Below the pieces are notes generated by a model, which was not told where the DNA came from, did no database searches, and saw nothing but the letters and a program-made list of their open reading frames with translations. From the human T2T-CHM13v2.0 reference genome, Homo sapiens, in assembly GCF_009914755.1 (NCBI RefSeq), contig NC_060926.1: a DNA stretch of 64,000 nt. The stretch is one strand, 5' to 3'. The position numbers were made by a program, and so were the translations under genes. Below, piece after piece: positions 14,080-26,097 of the stretch. Numbering within the stretch: the first letter of the stretch is position 1; the number at the start of each line of letters is the position of its first letter.

Positions 14080-15070
14080 TTTCAAATATTTCTGTCCCTT
14101 TCTCCCCCAGCTTTCAGCAACTAACATTATGCATATGCTGCATATGTTGTGTTTGATGGAGACTCACAGGTCTCTGAAGCTCTGTTTATTTTCCTATATT
14201 TCTTTTATTTTAGTAACAGACTAAAAGAGGAATCACTACAGAAACATCTTGTAGTTTGCTGATTCTTTTCTCTGCCAATTCAAACTGGTGTTGAGCCCCT
14301 CTAGTAAATTTTTTAAATTACTATACTTTTTATCTCTAAAATATCCACTTGGCCATTTAAAATATATATATTCTATCTCCTTATTGATATTTTCAGACTT
14401 GTGAGTCATCACTCTCCTAATATTCTCTACATATTGGTAAGAACTGATTCAAAGTCTTTAATACTTCTACCACCTGGGCTTGCTCATGGGCAGCATGCAC
14501 CTGCTGCTTGTTTTCTCCTGTGGGGGCCATTCTTTCCTGTTTCTTCGCACGTCTTATGATTTTTGTTGAAAACTGTATTTTTTGGTAATATCATATGATA
14601 ACTTTGGAAATCAAATATCCTCTCTTCTGGACAGTTTTGATTGGCAGTGGTATTTTAATTTAAGAACTTTTCCAGAATAATTCTATAATGCCATTATCCA
14701 TCTAGTGTGCAGCCGATGAAGTGTTAGCTTGGTTAGCTTAGTAGTCAGGTAATGATTGGTCCGAGACTTCTTTAAATGGCTTGATCCTGTATGTTTCCTG
14801 CCTTTTGCCAAGAGGCTTTGTGTGTGTTGGGGCATTTATTCACCCGCCACTCTGGACATTAAAAAGCCTGTCAGCCTTCACTGCATCCTTTTGCAGAGAT
14901 ACAAGTTGGGCGGAGGTGAATGATTGGTGCCCTTTAAGGTCTTTTCTGGACAGGCATACAACACTGCATGTGCACATGGCCTTCTGTATCCACATAAAGC
15001 ACCCTATAGACATTTTGTTTTTAAATCTTTTTGCATTTTTGTCTGGGTTCTTGTTTGCCATCACTGGCAT
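14080..15070 (-). mobile_element. L1M ORF1/5' region fragment
   Basis: cacaggtctctgaagctctgtttatttt; ctggtgttgagcccctctagtaaatttt. Confidence 0.6.
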
Positions 15071-15099
15071 CACAGCATTAGGCAGTTTCCAGACTTTCC

Positions 15100-17062
15100 A
15101 AAAAAGTGGAATAAATTGTGTAATCTTTTGTGACTGTCTTCTTTCGTTAAGCATAATGTGTTCAAGCTTCTTTTAGGTTGCAGCATGCATCAGTACTTCA
15201 TTCATTTTTTTATTATTATTGAAGGATATTCCATTGTTTGGATATACTACGTACTACATTTTAATTGCCTATAAATTAGTTTATGAACATTTGTGTGGAT
15301 TCTAATTTTTTACTATTATGCATAATGATGCTAAGAACATCTCTGTACAAGAGTTGTACTGAATAGAATTACAGAGCCATAGATCAATTTCATGTTTAAT
15401 ATTTTAAGAAAATGTCAAACCATTTTGGGAACATTTTACATTCTTGCCAGGAGCGTATGATGGTTTCAATTTCTTCACATCCTTACCAACATTTGCTGTA
15501 GTCAGACATTTTGATTTTAGCAATCCTAGTAAGTGTCAAGTGGTATCATTAATGACTAATGATGTTAATTATCACTCTATGTGTTTATTGATGATTTGCG
15601 TATCTTCTTAAGAATTTTCTATTCAAATATTTGTCTAGTTTTAAATTGGACTATTTATCATTTTTATTATTGAATTGCAAGTGTTCTTTATATATTTGGG
15701 TTCAAGTCCCTTATTAGTTATATGATTTGCAAATTTTTTCTCCCAGGCTATAGCTTATCTCTTTTATTGTCTTTATAGTATATTTGAAGAACAAAAGTTT
15801 TTAATTTTGGTGGAGTTCAATAATTATTTATTTTCTTTTTGTGCATCTGATTTGTTGTCGTGTCTAATGTAACATTGCCTAACCCCAGGTCATGAATGTT
15901 TACTCTTATGTTTTCTTCTGATAAGTTTGTCATTTTAGAGCTTACATTTTGGTCAACAATTTATTTTGAAGAATTTTACATATGATGTGAGGCAGAAATC
16001 TAGATTTCTTTTCTTTTTTTGCATGTGAATATCCAGTTGTCCCAATGCTATTTTTTGAAATGACTATTCTATATTTCTCCCCCATTAAATCATCTTGGCA
16101 CTTTCTTCAAAAACCAATTGGCTATAATGAAGAGTTTATTCTAGACTTTCAGATCCATCCCATTAACATATACATCTCTCCTTGTGCCATTACACAGTAT
16201 CTTGTTTACTGAGCTTTGTGGTAAGCCTCAGAATCAGAAAGTTATTCCTCTTAAGATTTTTTGTTTTTTCAAAACCTTTGTATTTTCATATAAATTTTCA
16301 GATACGCTATCAATTTCAGCAAAAGCCATCTGGGTTTATGACAGTGATTTTACTGAATCTGTAGATTAACTTGGGAATATTACCCTATTAAAAATTTTAA
16401 GTCTTCTGATCCATGAAATTTAGCTGCCTTTACATTCATTTTTAAATTGTTTTTAATTTTATTTAACAATATATTATAATTTTCAGTGTGAAAGTCTAAT
16501 GCTTCTTTTGGAATTTGTTTCTAAGTATTTTATTTTTTATTCTATTGTAAATGAAATTTTCTTAATTACATTTTCAGTTTGTTAATTTCTCAGGCATAGA
16601 AATATAATTCATTTTTTATATTGATCTTCTATCCTGTAAACTTACTGCACTCATTTACTAGTTCTAACAGTTTTTAATAGATTCTGTAGGATTTTCTAAT
16701 TATAAGATGATATCATTTGCAAGTAGATATATTTTTATTCTTTTTTCCCAAGAATAATGTCCTTTATTTCTTTTTGTTACTAAATTGCATTGGCTAGAAC
16801 AAACATAAAAATATTTTAAAGAAGTGGCAAAGGTGACGTCATTGTCTTGTTGCTACTTATGGGGGAAACATTCAGTCTTTTACTATAAAGCGCTATGTTC
16901 GCTGTGGGTTATTCGTAGATGCGTTTCATCAAACTGAGGAAGTTGTCTACTATTCTTAGATTGTTGAGTATTTTTATCACAAAAGAACATTGGATTTTAT
17001 CAAATACTTTTTCTGACTCTATTGACATAATCATGTGATTTTTGTTCTCTATTAACATGGTT
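15100..17062 (-). mobile_element. L1MB/ME LINE-1 (3' UTR and ORF2)
   Basis: Antisense L1 motifs such as gactgtcttctttcgttaagcataatg, tatccagttgtcccaa, tggattttatcaaatacttttt. Confidence 0.85.
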
Positions 17063-17522
17063 TATCATTTCTTACTGCTGCTGTAACAAATTACGGCAAT
17101 TAAGCAGTTTAAAACAATTTGTTATTTTAAAATTCTGAAGGTCACAAGTCTCAAATAGGCCTCACTGGGCTTAAACTAAGCGTTCAGAGAACTGAGTTCC
17201 TTTCTGGAAGTGCTAGGGAAGAATCTATTTCCTAGATTTTTCCAGCTTGAATGGGATTTCTGCATCCCTTGGCTTGTACTTTCCTCCCATTCCAAAGACA
17301 GCAATAGATGGTGGGGCACGTCTCACATTGCATCATTGGGTCATTGGCTCTCTTACCTCCCTCTATTGCTTATAAAGAATCTTGTAATTATATTGGATCC
17401 TTCCTGACAATCCAGAATAAGCTCTTCATCTCAGACAGCTGATTAGCAAATCTAATTTCATTTGTAATTTGGATTCCCCCTTGATGTGTAGCCAAGTATC
17501 ATTATTCTGCCTACCTACTACA
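17063..17522 (-). mobile_element. MLT1-type MaLR LTR
   Basis: ttcttactgctgctgtaacaaattac...attattctgcctac. Confidence 0.85.
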
Positions 17523-18075
17523 CAAAACAGCATGGTACTGGTACTACCATTTGACCTAGCAGTCCCATTATTGGGTATATACCCAAAAATATATAAATAA
17601 TTCTACCATAAAGAGACATACCTATGTGTGTTCATCCCAGCACAGTTCACAATAGCAAAGACATGGAATCAACCTAAATGCCTGTCAATGGAAAACTGGA
17701 TAAAGAAAAGTGGTACACATAGACCATGGAATACTATGCAGTCATGAAAAAGAATGAAATCATGTGCTTTGCAATAACATGGATGGAGTTGGAGGCCATT
17801 ATCCTCAGCAAACTAACACAGGAACAGAAAACCAATTACCACATGTTCTCACTTATAAGTGGGAGCTGAACACCAAGTACATATGGGCACAAAGAAGGGA
17901 ACAACAGACACCTTGGCCTATATGGGGGTGGAGGGTGAGAGGAGGGTGAGGATTGAAAAAAATACCTGTAGTGTGCTATACATATTACCTGGCTAACAAA
18001 AAATCTGTACACCAAATGTATCCATGTAACAAACCTGCACATATACCCCTGAACCTAAAATATGTTTTTAAAAAG
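17523..18075 (+). mobile_element. L1PA13-16-type 3' end
   Basis: taccatttgacc...ggaacagaaaaccaattaccacatgttctcacttataagtgggagc...cccctgaacctaaaa. Confidence 0.9.
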
Positions 18076-18079
18076 AAAT

Positions 18080-19330
18080 AATATAGAAATATTGCATATA
18101 CCCTACATCTAATTCCCCTCAATGTAATATCATATAGATATATAGTACAATATCAGTCCTGGAATATTGATATGGATACATTTACAATTCTGAACAGTTC
18201 CATCATGACAAGTATCCCTAGTAGTGCCCCTTTACAAACACATCCATCACCTTCTCTCTCAACCCACCTTTGTTTCTGACTCCTGGAAACTACTAATCTG
18301 TTCTCCATTTCTATGATTGTGTCATTTCAAGAATGGAGATATACCTAATGCTGGATGACGAGTTAATGGGTGCAGCACACCAGCATGGCACATGTATACG
18401 TATGTAACTAACCTGCACATTGTGCACATGTACCCTAAAACGTAAAGTATAATAATAATAAATAAAATAAAAAATAAAAATAAATAAAGAAAAAATAAAA
18501 ATAAAATGATATAAATTAAAAAATAAAAAAAGAATGTTATATAAATGAAATTATACTATGTCACATTTGGGGAAGGGCCTTTTTTATTCAGTGCAATTCT
18601 CTGGAGATTAATTCAGGTTTTTGCGTGTAACAATAGTTTGCTCCTTTTTCTTACTGAGTAGTAATCCACAGTGTCGATTTTCCGCTGTTTATTTACCCAT
18701 TTGCTTTTTGAGGGAAATCTGTGTGTTTCCAGTTTGGAGATATTATGCATAAAATAGCTATAAACATTCATGTACTGGGTTTTATGTGAATATCCCTTTC
18801 ATTTCTCCGAGATAAATGCTCAAGGATGGAATTGATGGATTGTAAAATGATTACATGTTTAGATTAAAAGAAAAATTCCAAAATGTTTCTTCAGACTGGC
18901 TGTACCATGTTAAATTCCCATGAACAATAAATAAACCATGCAGTTTTTCAACATCCTTTATAGCATGTTTGTTTGTTTGTTTGTTTGTTTAAAAATAGCC
19001 TTCTGGTATGTGTGGAATAATAACTAATTGTGGTTTTCTCTTTCATTTCCCTAATGGCTAATGATGTTGAACATGTTTTCATTTATTTATTTGCCCTCTG
19101 TTTACCCTCTTTGACACAACCTCCCTTCCTGTCTGTCACCCATTTTCTAATAGGAATATTTGTTTTTTTTACTATTAAAATTTCAGAGTTCTTGATGTAT
19201 TCCAGCTATGAATCCTCTGCTGGATGTATAATTTGTAAATATTTTCTCCCGTTCTGTAGCTTGCCTTTTCATCCTCTTATTAGGGTCTTTAACAAAGAAA
19301 ATGTTTTTTAATTTTGATGAAGCCCAATTA
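18080..19330 (-). mobile_element. L1MC-type 3' UTR and ORF2 end
   Basis: ctaatctgttctccatttct; cagactggctgtaccat; ccctaatggctaatgatgttgaacat. Confidence 0.8.
18336..18529 (+). mobile_element. Very short young L1PA2/PA3-like 3' end with long A-rich tail
   Basis: gagatatacctaatgctggatgacgagttaatgggtgcagcacaccagcatggc; TSD aagaatg. Confidence 0.93.
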
Positions 19331-19369
19331 ATCAATTTTTTTTCTTTTCTTTCTTTTTCTCTATAATTC

Positions 19370-20270
19370 TTCTTAATATGATGGGCTCAGTTGGCTAGCA
19401 TTTTGTTGAGGGTTTTTGTGTTTATATTCATAAGGAATTTAGGTCTTTAGTTTTTGTTTTGTTTTGTTTTTCTTGTGATGTCTGTGTCTAGTTTTGATAT
19501 TTGGGTAATGGTGGCTTCATAGAAAGAATTGAGGAATGTTTCCTCCTATTCTATTTTTTGGTAGAGTTTTGTAAAGGATTTGTATTAATTTTTCTTAAAT
19601 GTTTGGCAGTAAAGCCATCTGGGCCTGGTCTCTTCTTTGTGGGAAGTTTCTGAATTACTAATTTAATCTCTTTACTTGTTACGAGTCCATTAATATTTTC
19701 TATTTTTTATTGAGTCAGATTCTTGTTTGTCCCAGCTGGCATTGCAGCTCAGACTGCTACAATATTAAATAATTGTTGCTGACTGGTTTGCTGAGAAACA
19801 CCCCAGAGATAGGGCTTTTTCTGCAAAGCAAGCTCTGAATCAAGTCAAATAATGACAATGCCCCCAAATGGGGCTTTTCCAGGGAGCTTCAAGACAGGTC
19901 AGATAGTGGTAAAGCACTGGGGGTGGCATCTTTTGAGGAATTTCCATCCCCATCCAGGGACTTACAGCCTGCTGGCTTTTACAACTGCTTGGTTTTGAGG
20001 CAAACAGCTTTCAAGGTTGTGAGGCACTTGAGAGAGGAGAATGGGAGTAGGCCAAAGTGAAAGCCACTGACCCTTCTATTCTTAACCAGATTTGGCAACT
20101 TTGTTTTAATTAATGCTTTTCAGAGTGTTGTAAGCCTTTGGTTAATTTCCAGAGATGGGAAAAGTTTAAAGTTTAATGTTGACAATTTTTGCCAACAGTT
20201 TCAGTGCTTCTAATGGAGGGCTGGATTTACAGAGTTTCTCACTACACCATTCCAGAATGTTCCCCAAACT
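19370..20270 (-). mobile_element. L1M ORF2 and 5' UTR fragments
   Basis: ctagcattttgttgagggttttt; aagccatctgggcctgg; gtaagcctttggttaatttccagag. Confidence 0.7.
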
Positions 20271-20879
20271 GTACTCTGCTGTTACTGTCTGGTTGTAGGT
20301 AAGATAAAGCAATTAAAAGTGGGTGGGGGTGGGCGGGGAAGCAACTTAAGCATTTCTAACCCACTTTGGAAAGTCAAGCATCCTTCAATGGGCTTCCTTG
20401 GTTTTGCCAGTCATAATGTAAAATAGAGTCAATTACAAATTAAGTTGTGAGCACAAAGGTAGCCATGACATATGTGGAGAAATTTATGGTCACCTTCATA
20501 AGTAAAAAACTATTTATATACTCATTTTTTGAATGGCTCAACTACAAGCCCATATTTTTCTGATTATGAAATATTTTAGCCTCCAAAACAGTATAGTGAA
20601 CAATATGATAAATATCCACATACCATCACTTAGCTTAAGAAATTAAGCATTGCCAGTCCTTTTGTTTCCTGAAACTTATTTTTTTTTAAACCAAGCTCCC
20701 AAATCAGTGATATTTTCCTGAAATTTTCTGGAAAGTAAAAGATTTTGGTTTCTATTGTTAAAATAAATAAACCTAAATAGGAAGGGGAGCTGTGGTTACT
20801 AATTTCTTAAAAATTGATATAACAGAGGTCTAGAAAAACTTTAGGCATGATTTCCAATCAGCTACTACATTTCTAACAC

Positions 20880-21960
20880 AAAATAACGCATCAATAGTGA
20901 TGTTGAGCTCTGAGGAAATCCACCCTATTTACAAGCAACAGTGCTCATATTCACATTTGCACATACTGAAAATATCATTTGGATGAGTTTTTGATTTACG
21001 AGGGCAGAAGAGAACTTCAAATGAACAGCAAGAGTAAAATTCCTGGTACATTAGTCGATATCTGTTTTTAATATTGTAGGAATTCATTTGAATACGTTGC
21101 TTTTGTTCCCTAATCCCCCGAACTAACATTTGTATCAAAGTTACCTGACGATATAAGCACAGTACACTGTAGAATGAAAACGTCTTTTCAAATATTTATC
21201 CTTTCTCTGGGGAATTTTAAGAATTGCTGAATTAAGGGATGGTTTTAACCAGAAACACAAGTACTCGCTAATTCCAAACAAATGAAAACCAAAGACATAA
21301 TTGTAGTTTTCATCATGGTGTTCTTTATACGTGATCAATGAGAAAATTTTCTACCATTTTAACAAAAAAAATGTTTGCTAGTCACTTTTATATCATCAAT
21401 ATTGCTGGCAATAATAAAAATAATATGCTTATTTTACTCATACGATGTCACCATATTTTATTCTGTTATTTCCTGAGAAACCTAAGGTTCAATGAGTATC
21501 ATATTTTATTTCTGTAGACCATTCAGTGCTGGTAGTACTGATGGCTGTTATTTGGTACTGCTTCTTCAAACATTGACGAAGAGCTTCTTTCAGTGGTTCC
21601 TTTCAAGTGGTCAATGGACTGAAGACAGGTTGATTATTTTTCACGTTTTTCAAAATTATAATTACAGTGTGATTCCCCATTAGAAAACGAACTTGGTGTG
21701 CGTGTAAACTCAAGTGGCTAGATGACAGCCAGTCCCTGCAGGATGAACCGTCACAGAGTTGGCAACCTCGGAGGCAGGGAAAGAAGGGAAAAAGGTCCAA
21801 AGAACAGCCTCTCCCTCAGAAAGCCTGGTTCTTCAACCATCGGGATCTGTCGGCACTTACCTGAGAGGCATAAGGGCCCTCTTCTTCTCTGTATTTGGAC
21901 ATGGGTGTAGATTTCACCAGAATTTAAACTAGAAGGAAATATAGGAGACATTCCTGAAGA
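20880..21960. promoter_or_regulatory. Candidate regulatory region: CpG-retaining unique sequence
   Basis: About 18 CpGs in about 1 kb of AT-rich non-repeat DNA versus about 1 in the preceding 600 bp; RFX-like half site gttggcaac and FOX-like tgtaaac near 21.7 kb. Confidence 0.35.
21861..21953 (-). other. Candidate exon (93 nt)
   Basis: Acceptor cttcttcag|G (alternative tatttccttctag|T at 21928) and consensus donor CAG|gtaagt. Confidence 0.35.
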
Positions 21961-22092
21961 AGCCTATATGCTCATAACTTCCAAATTAATATCTTACTCA
22001 TATATGTTACTTGACCACCAAACATTTACATCCAGTTTTCAATTTGCCATTGCCGCCTGGATAGACAATCAAAGATGTTTATAGTGTAACAC

Positions 22093-22094
22093 AT

Positions 22095-22133
<39 letters not shown>

Positions 22134-22425
22134 TATTTTTATTTTTCTGAGACCAAGTCTCGCTCTATTGTCCAGGCTGGAATGCAGTGGCACAATCTCG
22201 GTTCACTGCAATCTCTGCCTCCCGAGTTCAAGTGATTCTCGTGCATCAGCCTCTGGGTAGCTGGGATTACAGGCATGTGCTGCGCCTGGCTAATTTTTGT
22301 ATTTTTAGTAGAGATGGGGTTTTGCTATGTTGGACAGGCTAGTCTTGAACTCTTGGCCTCAAGTGATCCACCTGCCTCCGCCTCCCAAAGTGCTGGGATT
22401 ATAGGCGCAAGCCAAGTGCCCAGCC
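22093..22425 (-). mobile_element. AluS/J with (TTTA)n tail
   Basis: Full antisense dimer; degenerate TSD ending in cacattt. Confidence 0.96.
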
Positions 22426-22439
22426 TATAACATAGCACA

Positions 22440-23200
22440 TTTAAAATTGAACTTCCAACTCCTGCTTTCTCATCTTTCCCCCATAGTCCATCTTACCTCA
22501 GCAGGTGGCAATTTCATCTTTCCTGTGGCTCTGGTCATAGAATTGAGCGTCATTTATTAATTCTTTCTCTTACATATCCCACATCCAATCCATCTGCAAA
22601 TGTTGTTGGCTCTAGTTTTTAAATATGTTCAGTATATGCTTCTGTTCATCTTCATCACTACCAAAGCTCAAACCTACTAAAAGATCTCCCCACTTTCTAC
22701 TTGTTCTTTATTACTATTTTCAAAATAGTGGCCAGAATGATGCCTTTGAGGCATGAGTCAGAGCATGTCATGCTTATCCTCATAATTCTCCAGTGGCTTC
22801 CTCTCTCCCTTAAAGAAAGAGCTGGAGTACTAACCATGGCACTGAAGACCCTGTACAACCTCCCGCCTTGCTGATTCTCTGACTCCGGCACCTAACAGCA
22901 CTCCTCTTGTTATTCACAATCCTGGAGCCACTCAGGCCTCCTTGCTCTTCCTCAGGTGCACCAAGCCAGTTCTGGTCTCAAGATCTTTGTAAGTATTTTA
23001 ACCTGTGGCTAGAATCTTTTTCTCCCAGATATCCACATGGCTTCCAATTTTACTTCCTACAGTCTCTGTTCAAATATCATTTCATCATAGAGGGCTCCTC
23101 TGATGTCTTTTAGGAGATAGTCTCTGCTTCCTTACTTCTCTCTCCATCTTACCACACTTCATTTTTCTCCATAGCGTTTATCACCCCCTTACATAAACTA
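22440..23200 (+). mobile_element. L2 LINE fragment
   Basis: cccacatccaatccatctgcaaatg; ctccagtggcttcc; cacatggcttccaattttacttcctacagtctctgttcaaatatca. Confidence 0.8.
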
Positions 23201-23273
23201 TTTAATTAAATATAAGTTGCAATGATTGTAAGATACATGGTTATTTTATGTATCACTAAGAAAGAAAATATAC

Positions 23274-23784
23274 TGCCAAGACCAGCTTGGTTGGGGAGAC
23301 CCTAACTCAGTGGCGCTAGAGGAATTAAAGACACACACACAGAAATATAGAGGTGTGGAGTGGGAAATCAGGGGTTTCAAAGCCTTGAGAGCCGAGAGCC
23401 TCAAACAGAGATTTACCCACATATTTATTGACAGCAAGCCAGTGATAAGCACTGTTTCTATAGATTATAGATTAACTAAAAGTATTCCTTATGGGAAACA
23501 AAGGGATGGGCTGAAATAAAGGGATGGGTTGGGCTAGTTATCTGCAGCAGGAGCATGTCCTTAAGACACAGATCACTCATGCTATTGTTTGTGGTTTAAG
23601 AACGCCTTTAGCAGTTTCCCGCCCTGGGTGGGCCAGGTGTTCCTTGCCCTCATTCCGGTAAACCCACAAGCTTCCAACGTGGGCGTCATGGCCATCAAAA
23701 ACATGTCACAGTGCTGCAGAGATTTTGTTTATGGTCAGTTTTGGGGCCAGTTTATGGCCAGATTTTGGAGGCCTATTCCCAACA
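23274..23784 (-). mobile_element. MER9 solo LTR (HERV-K9/HML-3)
   Basis: Minus strand starts TGTTGGGAATAGGCCTCCAAAATCTGGCCATAAACTGGCCCCAAAAC; ends GGCA; perfect 6-bp TSD ATATAC (23268-23273, 23785-23790). Confidence 0.93.
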
Positions 23785-24362
23785 ATATACTGCTAATTAA
23801 ACTGTGAAACAATACTTTATTTGATTTGAATTTTTATTTTAATCATACTAAGAGAGCTCTTTTAGACATACTTAAACATGGATTTCTATCACCTGTCACC
23901 CTTATGCTTATAAAAAAATGAAAAGGACAAACAAAAAAGGTTGAGTTATTCCTAAAACTTGTTCACATTAAGAAAGAGTAAATTGTCTATATCCCTGATT
24001 TTCTACACAATATCATATTTTGTACATTCAAGAGCTATTAATAATTTGGTGTTTTTTCTAAAAAATAATGCTCTAGTAATGACTTTTGCATTTTCTTCTC
24101 TGCTCCTGAATATTGTACAAGTTTTGATGGATGCTTTTTTGATTTGACTAAAGTCAAATACATAAATCTGTCACACCAGCCTCTTATTACTCTGAAGAAC
24201 TTTTTCTCCTCCAAGGGGTATAGCCACATTTGCTGCTTGTAGGGAAACTGTTCTGCTATGGTGCCATGGTGATCTTGCACAGATCTACTTAGGAACACCT
24301 TATGATCTCTGCAAGAAGAGAGGATGGGGGGCTTGTAATGAGCTGCCTCAAAAGCTTCTCGT

Positions 24363-24643
24363 GGCAGGTCATGGTGGCTCCCACCTGTAATCCTGGCACT
24401 TTGGGAAGCCAAGGTGAATGGATCGCTTGAGCCCAGGAGTTTGACATCAGCCTGGATAACATGGCCAAACCTCATCTCTACAAAAATACAAAAATTAGCT
24501 GGGTGTCTTGGTAAGCATTTGTGGTCCCAGCTACTCAGGAAGCTGAGGTGGTAGGATCACCTGAGTTCAGAGGGTTGAGGCTGTAGTGAGCCTTGGTCGT
24601 GCCCCTGCATCCCAGCCTGAGCTACAGAATGAGACCCTTTCTC
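24363..24643 (+). mobile_element. AluJ
   Basis: gatcgcttgagcccaggag, gaggctgtagtgagc; TSD aaaagct(t/a)ct. Confidence 0.94.
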
Positions 24644-25649
24644 CCTCCACCCTCCCACCCCTGCCAAAAAGCTACTTGCATTGGTCTCCCTGTCTACCTT
24701 GGGAGGCATCATAAGTCAGTTTCTCATTGCCTCTCAGGTTTCTGCTCCTCCCCGTAAAGGGACAGCTTCAGACCTTACAACTGTTCAGCTAAGGTCTAGA
24801 CTGTGTTCCTGAGCCTCAGCATGTCCCATAAGTCACGCTGGATTGTGTCCTAGCATCTTTGGTTTTGATATCATTTTTGCTACCTAGGACAAGGACTGCA
24901 GGGAGCTGGCCCCCATTAGGCATTGATGTAAGTAATAAACTATTTGCATTTAAAATTGGCTGAATCGCACCTTGACTTCCGCCTTGCCTCATATTATGGT
25001 CTTGGCACTGCCTTCTGATGAATTGCTTGGTCTGTATTAGTTCAGTGCCTTTTGCATACATCTCAGTTGGAAAATAAGTCAACAGCTTTATTTATATATA
25101 GGCACTTTTGTTTTCTCAGCCATAGCATGTTAAAGCTTATTGCTCTGCAGGAAAGTATAGAAATCAGGTATTCTTCCAATAATGAATATTCGTCTAACAA
25201 ATATTAAATTTATGTCCTGCTGGTTTATATCTGTGCATTTCTGCATAAAAATTTTGGCATTGATGTCATGTCATAATGTGGTCTCTTAGAAAATACTTTT
25301 ACATGGCAAATAAACTCAACATGTGTGGTACAATGGACATAACTCATATGACTCAAATATCTAAAATATGAAGAATTATAATTAAGTTTACATACCACAA
25401 ATGCCACCTAGCCAAAAGTGAATATAAGATGAGCTCAATTGTAAGATGAACCTCAATGTCAAAGATTAAAGCGTGAACAATTATGGATTTTTGAATGGAG
25501 GGAATTTAGTGCATACTTGCCTGTTTGCTTCATGGCTATCTCTCACCCATGGAATGAAAGTTTCATGAGAAGGGACTCTGTGGTTTTATTCAGTATTCAT
25601 ACCTCCAGAGCCTAGAGTATGGCTGACATATAGTATGCTGTCAAAACTA

Positions 25650-26097
<448 letters not shown>

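Noticed and set aside
20929-21338. Possible processed pseudogene suggested by CpG content and consecutive minus-strand ORFs
   Set aside because: No recognisable protein in the frames I translated, and no poly(A) tail or TSD seen
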